The notes beneath the pieces were generated by a model. That model was not told the DNA's origin, did no database searches, and worked only from the letters and a program-made list of their open reading frames with translations. This document shows, piece after piece, positions 25,070 through 39,397 of a stretch of 64,000 nt of DNA (position 1 is the stretch's first letter; each line of letters opens with the position of its first letter). The stretch lies in NCBI RefSeq assembly GCF_009914755.1, contig NC_060947.1; one strand, written 5' to 3'. This stretch comes from the human T2T-CHM13v2.0 reference genome, Homo sapiens. Position numbers and translations under genes: made by a program.

Positions 25070-27880
25070 CTGCAGAGGCAAGCTTAGAAACTAAGTCCAC
25101 TGGTGCTGTCCTGATGACTAGGACTTTGGGAGTAGACTTGAATCTGGAGTAGTCCTTAAGCCTGGGGCCAAGGGGGTCAGCCTGGTACTAGGGGGCAGTC
25201 CGGAGCCTGGGGCCACCCTAGCCCTAAGGTGAGCCTGGTGACTGAGTCTTATGGGTGTACCTACAGCCTGAGTCAGTAAGAGTTGGTCTGGTGCCTGGAC
25301 AAAACTGACACATGAGGTTTCTGCACCTAGTCCATCACTGACACCATTTCAGAACCTGTAGCTTTTGGAATTGGGTTGGCAGTGGGCAGCCTGTGGATGG
25401 ACTTCAATGGTGAGACTGGAGCCTGCTGCTACAATATCAAGCCTGGCATCAGGGCAGGCCTGGAGCTTGAATCATTGATTACTGGCCTAGTGTCTAAGGC
25501 ATAGTGATATGCTTGATGTTGGGATCTACGGCAAAATTTAGTGCTCTCTTTCCTTCCGCCAAGGGAAGGATAGCTCTCTTTAAGCTGTGTTGCCTGATGT
25601 TGAGGTAGAGGTAATGTGAAAATATGGATCTTTCCTAACCTCTTCAATGCATCTTTTTTTATTTCTGTGTTATGCTTAGATGTTACAGTCTCTCACCCAG
25701 TTTCCTTAGCCCTTGTGAATGTGTTTTGTGAGTGGACAGTTGTTCAAACTGATGTTTCTGTGAAGTCCTACTCTGCTGTATTGTCATCTTCTAGATCTTC
25801 TAGTAAATTTTTCATTTTAAATACTATACTTTTCAACCCTAGAATTTCCATTTGGTTATTTCTTTTAATTTATGTCTCTTTATTGATTTTCTCTATTTGA
25901 TTTGCCATCTTTATTAAACAAGTAAGCTTTATTTTTGTAATCATCATTTCCTTTAGTTCTTTAATCATATTATGGATAATCTGAAGTTCTTATCTAAAAT
26001 TTAACATCTGGTTGTTCTCACAGGTAGTTTCTTTGGCTATTTTTTTCCAGTGTAGGGGTAATACTTTCCAATTTCTTTGCATGGCTAATAATGTTTTGTT
26101 GGAAACTGGACATTTCAGATAATAGTTCTAGCAATTCTGAATACTGATACCTGGCCTACACCCCCGGGGCATTTTAGGAAGAGTATAAGTCAACTTCCTC
26201 CTCTGCCTCATTGTGAAGTCTGCTGTTGCTACTCAGGGTGCATAACCTTGGGTAAACTTATAGGCATCAGTGGGATAAGAGTGGCTTGGTTGTCTTTAAT
26301 TGGCTCTTTCTCTTTTTCCTCACCAAAACCAGCTGTTAAGCACCACTAATTGCTGCCTGATTGCTTTATTGTTTTCAACAATGCCCTGAGGGTCTTAATT
26401 GCTTCACAGAACACTCCAGTCAAATATTAACTCCTTTCAAAAGATGGTTCTGGAACTCAGATTTTGAGATATATTCTGACCACAAGAGGACTTGTCCCAG
26501 GTGTCTCTCTCCAGGTTTCTCTCCAGAATACTAAACAGACTATAGTTTAGCCTGTATAGCCAATGAATCTATCAATTTTCTCTCCCAATTTTCTTTCATT
26601 ACAACTTCTACATTTTTTGAGGCATGAACTCCTTCAAAATCTGTTCAATTAAAGCGAATTCCTTAGAGACGGAATTTGGAGGTTTCTTTTCTAAGTCTTG
26701 CTTCCCTCCTCCTCCCATCCCACAGAAATATTTATGTGTGAAAGTTCTAGTTCTGGGGGAAGAAATATTGACGCATTTCACTTTAAGTGAACCTCCTCTT
26801 TAGTTGCTGAAGGCTAGGCAGATGTTGTAGCAGAACCCCCAAATTTCTTTGGCTTGCCTCCCTTGGCATGGAACCCCCAGTCTTTAAGTTTGGGCATGGG
26901 GAATCAAGTCCCCTGTATTCTCAGAGGTGCATCCTGACCTCAGCTACCTGTTGCTAGACTATGATCTGTGTATATGAGGCCGAGAGGTGAAGGGCTTTCT
27001 TCTGTTCTATGAGTGGGTTCTGAGAGAAAGAAGAGAGACCCTCACTTATTGGATGAGAAATGTTGACATACTGCCCCTCTTGAGAAGACAGCCTTATAAC
27101 TAGGAGCTGTGGAGACAGGGAGTTTTTATTTCTGCTATTAGTTTGCAGTGGAATGTCCACCTCACTTAGCTTATGCAGGTGATAGAGAACATGGATGTTG
27201 GTACAAAAATTAAACTTTCATGATTCTTACTGCAAATAGTGAAGTAGAGGCTCCTCTTCAAAGAGATTTTCCTCCCCATCTAATTAAGAATAAATAGTAA
27301 CTTCTCTTAGAAGCAAAATTTATTCAAAGACCTGTGATAATATTCTTAGATATCTGCTAGCTGTAATAAAGAAATCAACATACTTTGTGTTCTTAGTTCC
27401 CACAATTTACTCTAAATATTTGCTCTGGCATGCTTATACTGGTCCAAGCAAGCATTAGGTCATAGCCTGTTCCTCTTCCTTATTTGGAGGTGTTTTTACC
27501 TTTCTCAGGATTCCACAAATTACTTCCTCTTTCCTTTGTTCTCTTCTGCCTTTGCCTCTTTTGAAAAGTTCTAAGTTGCTAGCCAATCAGGACAAATACA
27601 GAATGTGAGGTCCCATTCCAGCCAATGGAAACCAGACACAGCAATAGGGTGGACGCATCAGGTTATAAATGACCCTGTCTCCTTTTTTCAGTGTACTCTC
27701 ATGGCAAAACTGCTGGCGAGTGTACCCTTTCTGCAGAAAGTTAAAAAAAATGGCCTTGATGAGAAAGTTAATGTTCAAGAACTATTTCTTTGTGATACTG
27801 GAGAACAAGCATTTCTAACATTACCATGTTTTAGTAGATTTTCTTCAATAAGTGTTTTTATACTTGCAGTATACCATTGG
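25070..27880 (-). mobile_element. Old L1M 5'UTR/ORF1 remnant, split by LTR10
   Basis: GC-richer gcctgg repeats, then antisense ORF1-like tracts (agaatttccatttggttatttc, ggaaactggacatttcagataata). Confidence 0.6.
27231..27820 (+). mobile_element. LTR10-family solo LTR (LTR10C-like, HERV-I group)
   Basis: TG...CA termini; perfect 4 bp TSD ttac; two CCAAT boxes and a TATA box. Confidence 0.75.
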
Positions 27881-28023
27881 GAACATTTTCAGAGAATTTA
27901 AATGGCTCCTTTCAAAGTAATTTTCACTACTTGAGATGGCAATGGGGTCTTTGGAGGGCCTTACACTGTCATGCCCAATTTTGTTATGACCTAATTTAAG
28001 AATATAATTTGTCTTGACCCAGT

Positions 28024-28063
28024 ACACACACACACAACCACATACACACACAAACACACACAC
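28024..28063. repeat. Interrupted (CA)n microsatellite
   Basis: Direct reading. Confidence 0.9.
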
Positions 28064-28183
28064 TTAAAACCTAAAACCAAATCCAAATTTTGTGGAACAA
28101 TATTTTTCCTTACTAAGTGTGATTCTCTCTGCTATTTTCTAATCTATTTTGCTTAATTAGAAAAAGTTGGAATATCTAAATTG

Positions 28184-28343
28184 ATTTTACCCCCGCTAAC
28201 AGATTGTGATTCATACATTATGTAACACTGCTCAAGTTGATTTGCAGTTTTGTTCATTCTTTTATTTTATTAATTCAACATATAATTATTTAGCACAGTA
28301 GTTCAATTTTCATTCTGGGCAGTACAAATCTGAATGAAACAAT
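28184..28343 (+). repeat. Left arm of a local inverted repeat
   Basis: Reverse complement of 29162-29331; by manual alignment about 9 differences plus one 9 nt indel. Confidence 0.95.
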
Positions 28344-29161
28344 GATTTGTTCAGAGGAACATAGAATCTACTTGAGCAGTCTGTTAAAAGTGAAAATACT
28401 ATTGACAAGAGACATGACATTGAAGATTTTCAAGTGGAGGTATTGTGATTATACCTATACTAGGAAATCAATTCTGGTGTTGACATAAATGTTGCATAGG
28501 TAGTGGGGAGAAATCAGAATCTAGTATACCAGTTTAGGGCTGTTGCAGTTAAGTCAAGAAACATTATGTGAACCCAAATTTAAATGTTATAATAGCATTA
28601 GATAAGTGAGAGTTGAGAGATGACAATATAAAATACATGTAGGATATAGACTCAGTAAGATGCAGTAATAGGGTGGTATCAGCATAAGAATGCTCTCGTG
28701 CAGTGGAGGATGCATGTAACATCATTTACTTAACAAGGGGAAAATGTGAGAGAAAGAATATGTTTGAGGAAAGTAGAGAAGAAAGTGTTTCTCTATTCTG
28801 CAAATCTGATCATTTGTCTTTCATAATTGAGAAATATGAACTGTCAGAAAAACCTTAACTAAAAACTCTGGTGGAAATTTTAGGGATTAAACAGAGAGTT
28901 ACACGCCACTGAGTTAAAATGGAGAATATTCAGTAGCTCTGATTTTTGTGCAATTAAATAATTTTGATGTAAATGTTTTATGTAAGTATTTGGCACTTTT
29001 TGGTGTTTCTTTTAGTGTAATGACTATTGTCACTTGCATTTTAGTGATACGTAGTTTATTTAAAAAGAAAGCAATGTATTTAACAAGTACATACCACACG
29101 ATCACTTTAAATTAAGTGTCAATATAAGCAAAGGCTCCAGGAGCTTTACACTTCTATTTTT

Positions 29162-29331
29162 ATTGTTTCATTCAGATTTGTACTGCCCAAAATGAAAATT
29201 GAACTGGTGTGCTAAATAATTGTATGTTGCATTAATAAAATAAAAGAATGAACAAATAAACTTAAACTGCAAATCAACTTGAGCAGTGTTATATAATGTA
29301 TGAATAACAATCTGTTAGCAGGGGATAAAAT
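29162..29331 (-). repeat. Right arm of a local inverted repeat
   Basis: For example attgtttcattcagatttgtactgccca pairs with tgggcagtacaaatctgaatgaaacaat. Confidence 0.95.
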
Positions 29332-29683
29332 AGATTAAAAATAGAAATAATTTTTTCAAGCAATACTCAACATTTTTCCTTTTCTCTGTTCATTTAAACA
29401 ATAACAATACATTTTTTTTCTGCCCATCGTACTGCCTAATTAATGCCTGAGTTAGAAGTTCAGAAATCACTTTGACGCCAATAATTGTACGTTATAACAA
29501 GACTACATTCCCTTTGTACCTGTGCTACTGAAAACAGGCAGTGGTAACAGGCATTTGTTCAGAAATAATTATAAAGTTGCCTTTAGCTTAAATGCTCTAG
29601 TAAAAACTTTGTGTGACAGTTTCTAGTGAAATTTTACCTACTTGAGAAATTTGAAAAATTGTAAATACCTTTGCAGTTAATAA

Positions 29684-30200
<517 letters not shown>

Positions 30201-30211
30201 TAATATATTAA

Positions 30212-30553
<342 letters not shown>

Positions 30554-31583
30554 TAGTTAAAACTTATTTCCTGGACAAAATAAAAATAAAACAAGACAGA
30601 ACAGTGGAAATAAGCTAACTTTTGCAAAGTAATATTGTTTTTCTTTACCAGTGATCTTTGGGTGAAACCTTTTCTTCCTATTTCATTTATTGCCTTTCAT
30701 GACATCAGACATCCTTGACTATTACTTCTATAGAACTCACTTGTATTACTAATGTTGCTTTGTATTTTCTAGTGTATATTTAAGGTTTAAATTTTATGTT
30801 GATCAAAGTTCTATAAATGTCAAAAAGAAGAAATTCTCTAATCTGAAGTTTTGAAAAATCTCTGGATTGCTGTCAGGTAGGAAGTATGTGGTACATGACT
30901 CAGGATTTGTGAAAGAAAATGTAAATATCAATCCATTAAATCTGATTATTTCCCCATTGTCTTGGTTTATATCCTGCTGCAAAAATCCTAAGGTTAAACA
31001 TTAATGCTGTTATGCAGCTTTGAGTCTGATACTTGATAATTTGTGAAATGTTTACAGAATAATAATCAGGAGATATTTTTAAATTTTTGAAAAGTGTCAT
31101 TATTACCAGAGTGATAAAATATTCAAGTTTTTTTTTTTCAAACACACCTTACATTTACAGCATACAAGGAAACAATGACATCCATACAGAACTTTAGTAG
31201 AACTCAATGACCCAACTGAAAATTAGTCATTTGTAAATACACTGAAATGTGAAATGACTGGTCACAACAACTACCATAAAGCCTTCTGTTTACACTACTC
31301 TTCCATTGATATATTTATTCTCTCTTTTTTAGTTTTATACTTGCTAACTGAGATGACAGAACTTTACAGGCTCATTAAGAATTATTTGGCCTGAAGATGA
31401 ATTGCTATGATCTGAAATGAATTGTGTTACATTTAAGATTCCAGTGACCATCTTCATGCCAAGGTTGATTACATTTAAAATGAAAACTTTGAAAGAAGTT
31501 GAGGAATTTTCTCTCAGAATAAAGCAGGGGAGGAACACACTGCACAGGAGATTGTAAGTGAGGAATTTAAAATCCAAACTGAC

Positions 31584-31773
31584 TCCGTCCTACTAAAAAC
31601 AAAAAAAAAATTAGCCGGGCGTGGTGGCAGGCACCTGTAGTCCCAGCTGCTCGGGAGGCTGAGGCAGGAGAATGGCATGAACCCCGGAGACAGAGCTTGC
31701 AGTGAGCCGAGATCGTGCTGCTACTCCAGCCTGGGCCACAGAGTGAGACTCTGTCACAAAAAAAGAAAAAAAA
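31584..31773 (+). mobile_element. 5'-truncated AluY (linker plus right monomer)
   Basis: gagaatggcatgaaccc...gagcttgcagtgag; TSD aaaatccaaactgac. Confidence 0.93.
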
Positions 31774-31934
31774 AAAATCCAAACTGACCAGGGAGATGCA
31801 GGTAGGAGCTAAAATGCAGCCTCTGAAAGAAGCCAAACAGTAAAACATGGAAGAAGACAAAAAGGAGATTCAGGGGGGATTCATTGATCTTCTCAGAAAA
31901 TGTGTATTGAGTATTGTGGAAAAGGGTTTGATAG

Positions 31935-32115
31935 CATGGACTGGTTATGGAGGGTCTAGACTGGAATCGTAGCCTAGGTGCATGACTTCAGGACATTTAT
32001 GTAACTTTTCTGTACCTCAGTTTCCTCATCTGTTAAATGAAGTTGGTAACCCCTGTAAAGCCATCAAATCAATGTTCGACATGTGGCAAGTGCTTTATAA
32101 AGATTAGCCAATATT
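31935..32115 (+). mobile_element. MIR
   Basis: Core tctgtacctcagtttcctcatctgttaaatg. Confidence 0.8.
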
Positions 32116-34902
32116 ACTATGGTCATCACTATCATTGTGGTTATTGTTTCAACATTTTATTACCAGTAAGTGATCCAACAAATGAGAGATAAGACAGAGT
32201 GCCCATTCTCAAAAAGCTTTATCTATTGCAGTTTTTCAGTTATGAGTTTAAAAGCAACTGATCTTTTTAAAACACCTTACATACATTTTTAAAATATAAA
32301 AGATAAATATAAGTTACATAAAATATAAATGAATAAATGAATTGCTGCCACTGAAGTTGTAATGGGGAATCAATCAGGATATATTATGCTGTTGTATTGT
32401 TTATTCTTTGGTTTCTAATTACCTAGTTATTAATAATTGAGCCTGTGACCTGGGGATAACCCAATACTGTCCAATATTTGCTAGAATGTTTTCATAAATC
32501 AGAGTATAAGGTGTTCCCTGTCTCTGAATCAATTTCATTATCTTTGATTTTCAAACTTTTTAAAATCCAACAGAAAATATGCAAAATATCCAAGAAGCCA
32601 AAATGAAAAAATAAAATCTTAACTACAAAAATTTAGGAGCTTAAAAGTTGTAGATATGGAACATACATATTAGTGAAATAAGATTAATCAGAACTTTATT
32701 TAAATACCCATGGGGTTGATAGTTGGTAAATTAGTGTTGCTACAAGAACATCTCTATAATCAGTTAATGAAATAATATGACTTCTTTATTAAGAGTTAAA
32801 AATTAACATGTAAACAAAGAAGCTTTATGTTAGTTATAGCGGAAGTTGAATACCTGATATAATTTTAAAGAGAAACTGTTTTCAGAAAACTATGATCCAC
32901 TCTTCAGCATTTCTAAAGTTGAGGCAAAGGAACCAAGTTTGATATCTTCAGAGAAAATCTTTTTGGCCACAGTGTCCTATGCAGTTTGTTCTTTAATACA
33001 TTCTTCTATTTTTTAAAGAAAATTCAAGAACATTAAGGCTACCCATGGAATTGAGAAAATTATTATTGATGACTGTCTCTATGCATGGATAATAAAAATA
33101 ATAGCCTCATTTATTAAACTTTTGTCACTTCAAATTTCAATCAAGTATCTTAAATGAACTTGGGAGAAGACTTTAATTAGAAATGGGGAGAGCTTAGACT
33201 AATTTCCACGAGGGAACAGAGCAGACAGGAGCCTGGGGCCTGGAACCGCAACCCTTAGTGAATGAGGCAGAGGGATCCTCTGTGGAGGAAGAAGGTGCAA
33301 GGATTGTTCCCTTGATATGAGAGAGAGGCTCATTGATGGGAAGATTTAGTCCCAGGCCTGACGTGATGTTTGTCTACTCTTCAACACTCAAGAGTACCTG
33401 CTGCTTGTCAATGGAGTCTTCACTACTTGGGTGGAAGTCACTACCTAACTGTGTAGCACAGTGTCCCACCCCATCTCCTCTGTGATGATATGTAATTACC
33501 AGCTTCTCCAGGCCCCACTGGAACCCTGGGCCCCTGTTCCAGGAGTAGAAAGCCTGAGCAGTGGCGGTATTAGCCTTGAGAAAGATGAAAATGTGAGCAG
33601 CCAAAGGAATCATCCAGAAACCCATGAAGCCTGCAGTCGAGCCATGTGAGTCAGGGAAGGCAGTGTGGGGAGGGGAGGAGGATGGCAAATATCAGACATC
33701 TCAGAAATACCCTCCCTTTTAGAGGGAGAGAGAGGAAATGAGGAAACCAGACCAGAAAAACAGATGTGTTACAAATATACATCTGGACTATAATCTTAAG
33801 TTCAGGTTCTGTGCAAATATCTGTCATCCAGTCAACTACCAGTGCATTAGTTATTATAGTTTTGCCTCTATGATGTTCATATCCAATTACATAATAATAT
33901 AATGATCAATATTTCCTTTGTTAGATAAATATTTTTAAATGGCAGCTTTTAAAATGACTTCTCAAGTATATACCCTTGCTCCGTGGTACTGGCACAAGTA
34001 TTTGTGAGAAGGACCAACGTTGCACTAATCTGTAATTTGTAATTTCACAGAGGCACACATTTGAATTGCACAAACTAGGGGAGAAATAACAAGTCACTGT
34101 GCCTGGCCTCCCTTCTAGCATATCCAGAAGAATATTGTTCAGTCTCATTTATCCCATATGCAATTATAAAAGCAGTTTTTAATTTTGTAAACTAGATAAA
34201 AAATTAAAGATATTAATCACTGCTGATGATGCTAGAGTTTAAAAATTGAAGTAATCTGCAAAACTCACGATTTTAAGAAGGAAAACAAAAATGTTGGTTA
34301 CATTAGAGAATGCACTGGTGAAGCAATAGCTTCACCATGTGATTTATGATGGGAATGGGCCTCCTATAGGTTTTATGAGGAAACAAGAAAAAACTTTGCT
34401 AATATGACTTTAGTGGATACTGTGGTTTATAGAAAATATGCTCATCCATTTTTTTAAAAAAATCATTAGTGAAAATTGAAGAGTCATTTTACTTGAGGTC
34501 TGGCAAATGTGTAACTCTCAAGAGAAATAAAATTTAAAAGACATTTAGCAGGTATCCCTTCATCATCATCTCTCCTATTTCATTAATATCAGCTAATTTG
34601 TTTTTAGCCCTACTGGAGTTATAATATGTTATTAGGCTGGGTACAGTAATAGCAAAACTTACTGCAATAACCTTATAGAGGAAGTATCCTATATTTATAT
34701 AATTATTGAGGATTTTTAAGAGATTGATTTTATTTTTTTTTATATGCTACCATCCTTGATGGGGGAAATTATATGCTAGAGCTAGGTTGGAAATCCAAAC
34801 ACTTAATATATCTCAATCTAGAACATCAAGATCATATTATATCTCCGGTTATTTTATTTATTAGCAAGTATTTTTAAGCCCTATGTTTGTTACATATCCC
34901 CA

Positions 34903-35256
34903 TATATTAGTTTCTTCTCACACTGCTATGAAGAAATACCTGCGACTGGGTAATTTATAAAGAAAAGAGGTTTGATTTACTCACAGTTCTGCATGGCTGG
35001 GGAGGCCTCAGGAAACTTACAATCATGGTGGAAAGCAGCTCTTCAAAGGGTGACAAGAGAGGATGAGTGTCTAGCAAGGGGGGATGCCCCTTATAAAAAC
35101 CATCAGGTCTCGTGATAACTATCACAAGAACAGCACGGGGAGAAACCACCCCCATGGTTCAATTACCTCACACCAGCTCCTTCCCACATATGTGGGAATT
35201 ATAAGACTACAATTCAAGATGAGAGTTGCCTGGGGACACAAAGCCAAACCATATCA
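34903..35256 (-). mobile_element. THE1 (C/D-like) solo LTR
   Basis: tatattag...gggaggcctcaggaaacttacaatcatgg...ccaaaccatatca; TSD cccca/accca. Confidence 0.92.
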
Positions 35257-35439
35257 ACCCATATTTAATGAGAGACAACAAATGGTTTCTGTATTCAAGT
35301 ATTTCATAATCTGCTCAAAAAATAAGGCATATAAACAAGTACTCATATATCAACAATAAAATGAATGCTACAGAGAATATGGGTTATAGAAACTCATAGG
35401 AGAAAGGAATATACGAGGCAGACTGGTCAAATAAATGGT

Positions 35440-36540
35440 GGAAATTTATGATTTAACATAATCACTCTGGATTGCTAAGAAGAGATTTCAGGGAGAAAAA
35501 GTAGAGAGAGAGACCAGTAAAAAGCTTTGTTCCAAACCAGACTAAAAATTTGGTGGATTAGAACAAGGTAGCAGTAGTAATAATGGTCAAAAGTAGTTGG
35601 ATTTTGTTTATATATTTTGAAGGTTACATTGACAAATTTGCTAACGGATCAGATAGGGAGTGCAATAGAAACAGATAAATCAAAGTTTGGCCCAAGTTTC
35701 TTGGCCTGAATAAATTTAAAAAAATAGAATTGCCATTTACTGATATGAGAAGACTTTAAAAAGAATCAGTTTGAGGGAAAATTCAAGAAGCTTATTGGGT
35801 GGCATGTTATGATAAAAAAATTAATATCCAAATAGTGATGTTGAGTAGATAATTGATAATATGAGTCTGAAGTGCAGTGAAGAAGTTCAGACTGAAAATA
35901 CAATGTTTGGTTTCTTCAGAGTATGGTTGATAAAGTCCTAAGACTGGTGAAATTATCTAGGGAGGGAGCATACACAAAAGGAATTTCAAGATTAAGCCTG
36001 GGGGGCAATACAATGTTTTAAGGTTAGGGAAATCAGGAAGGACAACTAAAGGAATCTGAGAGTGAGTGGCCAGTAACAAGGGGGAAATTTTAAGATACAG
36101 CGATGCTCTAAGGATGATGTGAGGACAGTGGTTTAAGATGGGTGCAGGTTAAGGGATATGTACCTTTGGATTGAGAAAGTGTGGTGAGAGTACAACAACC
36201 AAAGTGGCAATGGTACTGGATGCTTCATCTAAGTAAATATTGAAGTCATCAAGAACCATGTAAGGGTGGTTCAGGAAAGGGTGGCACTGGACTAGGTGCT
36301 GAGGGAGAGTTACTGTGATATATTCAGTGACTGTATCAAGGAAGAGGAGGTGTGGGGGATTCTGATGGCATGAGCTCCAATGCTGGTATTTAGGGGAGAT
36401 GGGCAATGAACAGTGCAGCGTGACAACGGTGAGGAGGTACTGGTCCAACCATTGGGCTTAGTCATCTGTGGAGCCCTGAGTATGGCAGGAGGTTTAGTAT
36501 GTCTTCTCTGAGGCTTTAAATGTCTATAGCAGCAAACGAA
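35440..36540 (-). mobile_element. L2 remnant including an endonuclease-domain piece
   Basis: Antisense L2 motifs (atcactctgg, ttgccatttactga); ORF 36149-36448 has VLDDFNIY, like the APE GDFN motif. Confidence 0.7.
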
Positions 36541-36897
36541 CACTCCCCTATGCATTTTCAAATACCACCTAAAGGGGTGTTATTGCCCCTGGTTATTTCC
36601 AAACCTCATTTTCTTGCCCTTTATTGGCACTGTCTCAACTATGTGATCCTTTCAAATTTGTAAAGTTCTATACATATCCACACCAAGATTATTGTTACAT
36701 AGCCCCAACAGTCCCATTTTAATGGAGGTCAAGACGGCTTTCAAGAGAACCTCTTTTTTCACCCAGTGGTTTACAAGACTTCTATGTTTTTATTTACATT
36801 TTTAGGTATGGAATCCTTTGCTTAAACTAGTTACATAGAAGTACAAATGAATAAAACACATGTATTTAGTATTAGTATTTTCCATTTAAATTCTAAG

Positions 36898-36914
36898 AGT
36901 GTGTGTGTGTGTGT
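36898..36914. repeat. (TG)n microsatellite
   Basis: Direct reading. Confidence 0.9.
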
Positions 36915-37299
36915 TGGTAGTTGGTGGGACAATTGGCAGAGAAAATAAAGTAGCATGTTTTAAAAATGACAACCTTAATTCAAAAGGATGAGACTCTGAT
37001 AGGATACTTTCAGACCCCACATGTGTGATGACACTTATTTGTAGAAATTATCCCTTCCTGTATGTGATATTTTTTAAATTATACTGCCCAGTAGGATACC
37101 CATTCTGCCTAAACCTGCCTAAGATAATGCTAAAGGTAAATCTAAAGGAACAGGGATGTTTAACAGTTTTTTCAGGGATGTTGGTATTAAAAATATAGCC
37201 GGGCAGATCTGCTGTGTTCTTTAACCTGCCACAGTTTAGAATGACCTGAATCTGAAGTTTGCAGAACACCAAGCCGAAGTAGGGTTGTAAACGGGGATG

Positions 37300-38395
37300 T
37301 GGACAGGCTACTCTGAGTTTTTCCTCAGCAAGTGCTCGACTTTGGGTTTCTATGTCCATCCTTGCCAAATATAGTCCTAGCAAGAATCTTGCTAAGTCAA
37401 TTTAGAGAGAATCAGCCATCCTTCACGTCTGATCACCTGGCCTGCCTTTATCAAGAATCCTGTTAAGTCCATTTAGGAAGAAGCTTCTCACCCTTGATGT
37501 CTCTTCCTAGTAATTTTCCACCCACTGATCTCCTTATGCTGCTCTTTGACTATAAATTTCTTTTTATTTTTAACTTTTATTTTAAGTTCAAGGGTACATG
37601 TGCAGGTTTGCTATATAGGTAAATTGTCTGTCGTGGGGTTTTCTGTACAGATTATTTGGTCACCCAGGTAATAAGCATAGTACCCAATAGGTAATTTATA
37701 GATCCTCACCTTCTTCCTACCCTCCACCCTCAAGCAGGCCCCAGCGTCTGTTGCTCCCTTCTTTATGTCTGTATGTACTCCAGGTTTAGCTCCCACCCAT
37801 AAGTGTGGACATGCAGTATTTGGCCCTCTGTTCCTGTGTTAGTTTGCTTAGGTTAATGGCCTCCAGCTCCATCCACGTTACTGCAAAGGACACCATCTCG
37901 TTCTTTTCATGGTTGCACAGCATTCTATGGTGTGTATGCACTCCATTTGCTTTATTCAGTCCACCATTGATGGGCATTTAGGTTGATTCCATGACTTGGC
38001 TATTGTGAACAGTACTGAGATGAACACATGCATGGATGTGTCTTTATAGTAGAATGATTTATATTCCTTTGGGTATATACCTAATAGTGTGATTTCCGGG
38101 TTGAATGATAATTCTAAGTTCTTACGGAAATTGCCAAACTGCTTTTGACAATGGCTGAAGGAATTACGTTTCCCACAGTAGTGTACAAGCACTCCCTCCT
38201 CTTCATAACCTCACCAGCATCTGCTGTCTTTTGACTTTTTAATAACACTTGGCTATAAATTTCTTATTGTCCTTGTTGCATTTGGAATTGAGCTCAGTTC
38301 TAAATTGAAGTCTCTTTTCCCCTATTGCAATAGTTTCTGAATAAAATCTGTCTTTACTGCTTTAACTCATGTCTGGCCCTGGTTCTCTTTAAAAG
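37300..38395 (+). mobile_element. MER31/MER67-like LTR split by an L1
   Basis: agcaagaatcttgctaagtca, cacccttgatgtct, ggaattgagctcag, cctattgcaatagt...aataaa. Confidence 0.7.
37561..38246 (-). mobile_element. L1PA (older primate subfamily) 3' fragment
   Basis: aacttttattttaagttcaagggtacatgtgcagg...; TSD ttg(a/g)ctataaatttct. Confidence 0.93.
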
Positions 38396-38732
38396 AATGG
38401 AGGTAAGAGGTGAGGTATCTTACCTAAAATAACACCCTGCCAACTATGCACTCCCAAATCTGGTAACTTATTTCGTTCTTTACTGCAACTGTGTAAATAT
38501 GTGTGCTTACGTGTGTGTATGGTGGATGGGTGTTCAGATAAATTGGAGACAATTTTATCTACTTTGTAGTATCATTACACAAATTAATAAATAATTTTAT
38601 ATATGTTAAACACTTAATAGACATGCAATATGCAATAAAGATTTCCTATTATTATAATGTTGTATATGGGTAGGGCAGACAAGTAAATAAGGAAAACTGT
38701 GGTGATCATTAATAATAATTTAAGCAGGCTCA

Positions 38733-39186
<454 letters not shown>

Positions 39187-39311
39187 TCAGAACACTTGTA
39201 GCCCACATCATGCCTAAAATTATCCCTTGACAAACTTTGGTCTTTTTCATACTGAAAATATATAAAAGTGAAATGTATTCCATAAAATAGGCTTCCTCAG
39301 CCTCCGATCTG

Positions 39312-39397
39312 TCCTCCTCTTGAGGACCCTGATGCTTTAGAGATCATTTAATTTTCCTCCTCTTGAGGACCCTGATGCTTTAGAGATCATTTAATTT
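39312..39397 (+). repeat. Perfect 43 bp tandem duplication
   Basis: tcctcctcttgaggaccctgatgctttagagatcatttaattt x2. Confidence 0.97.

Noticed and set aside
39312-39397. Direct repeat as a possible CRISPR array
   Set aside because: Two abutting copies, no spacer, eukaryotic context.
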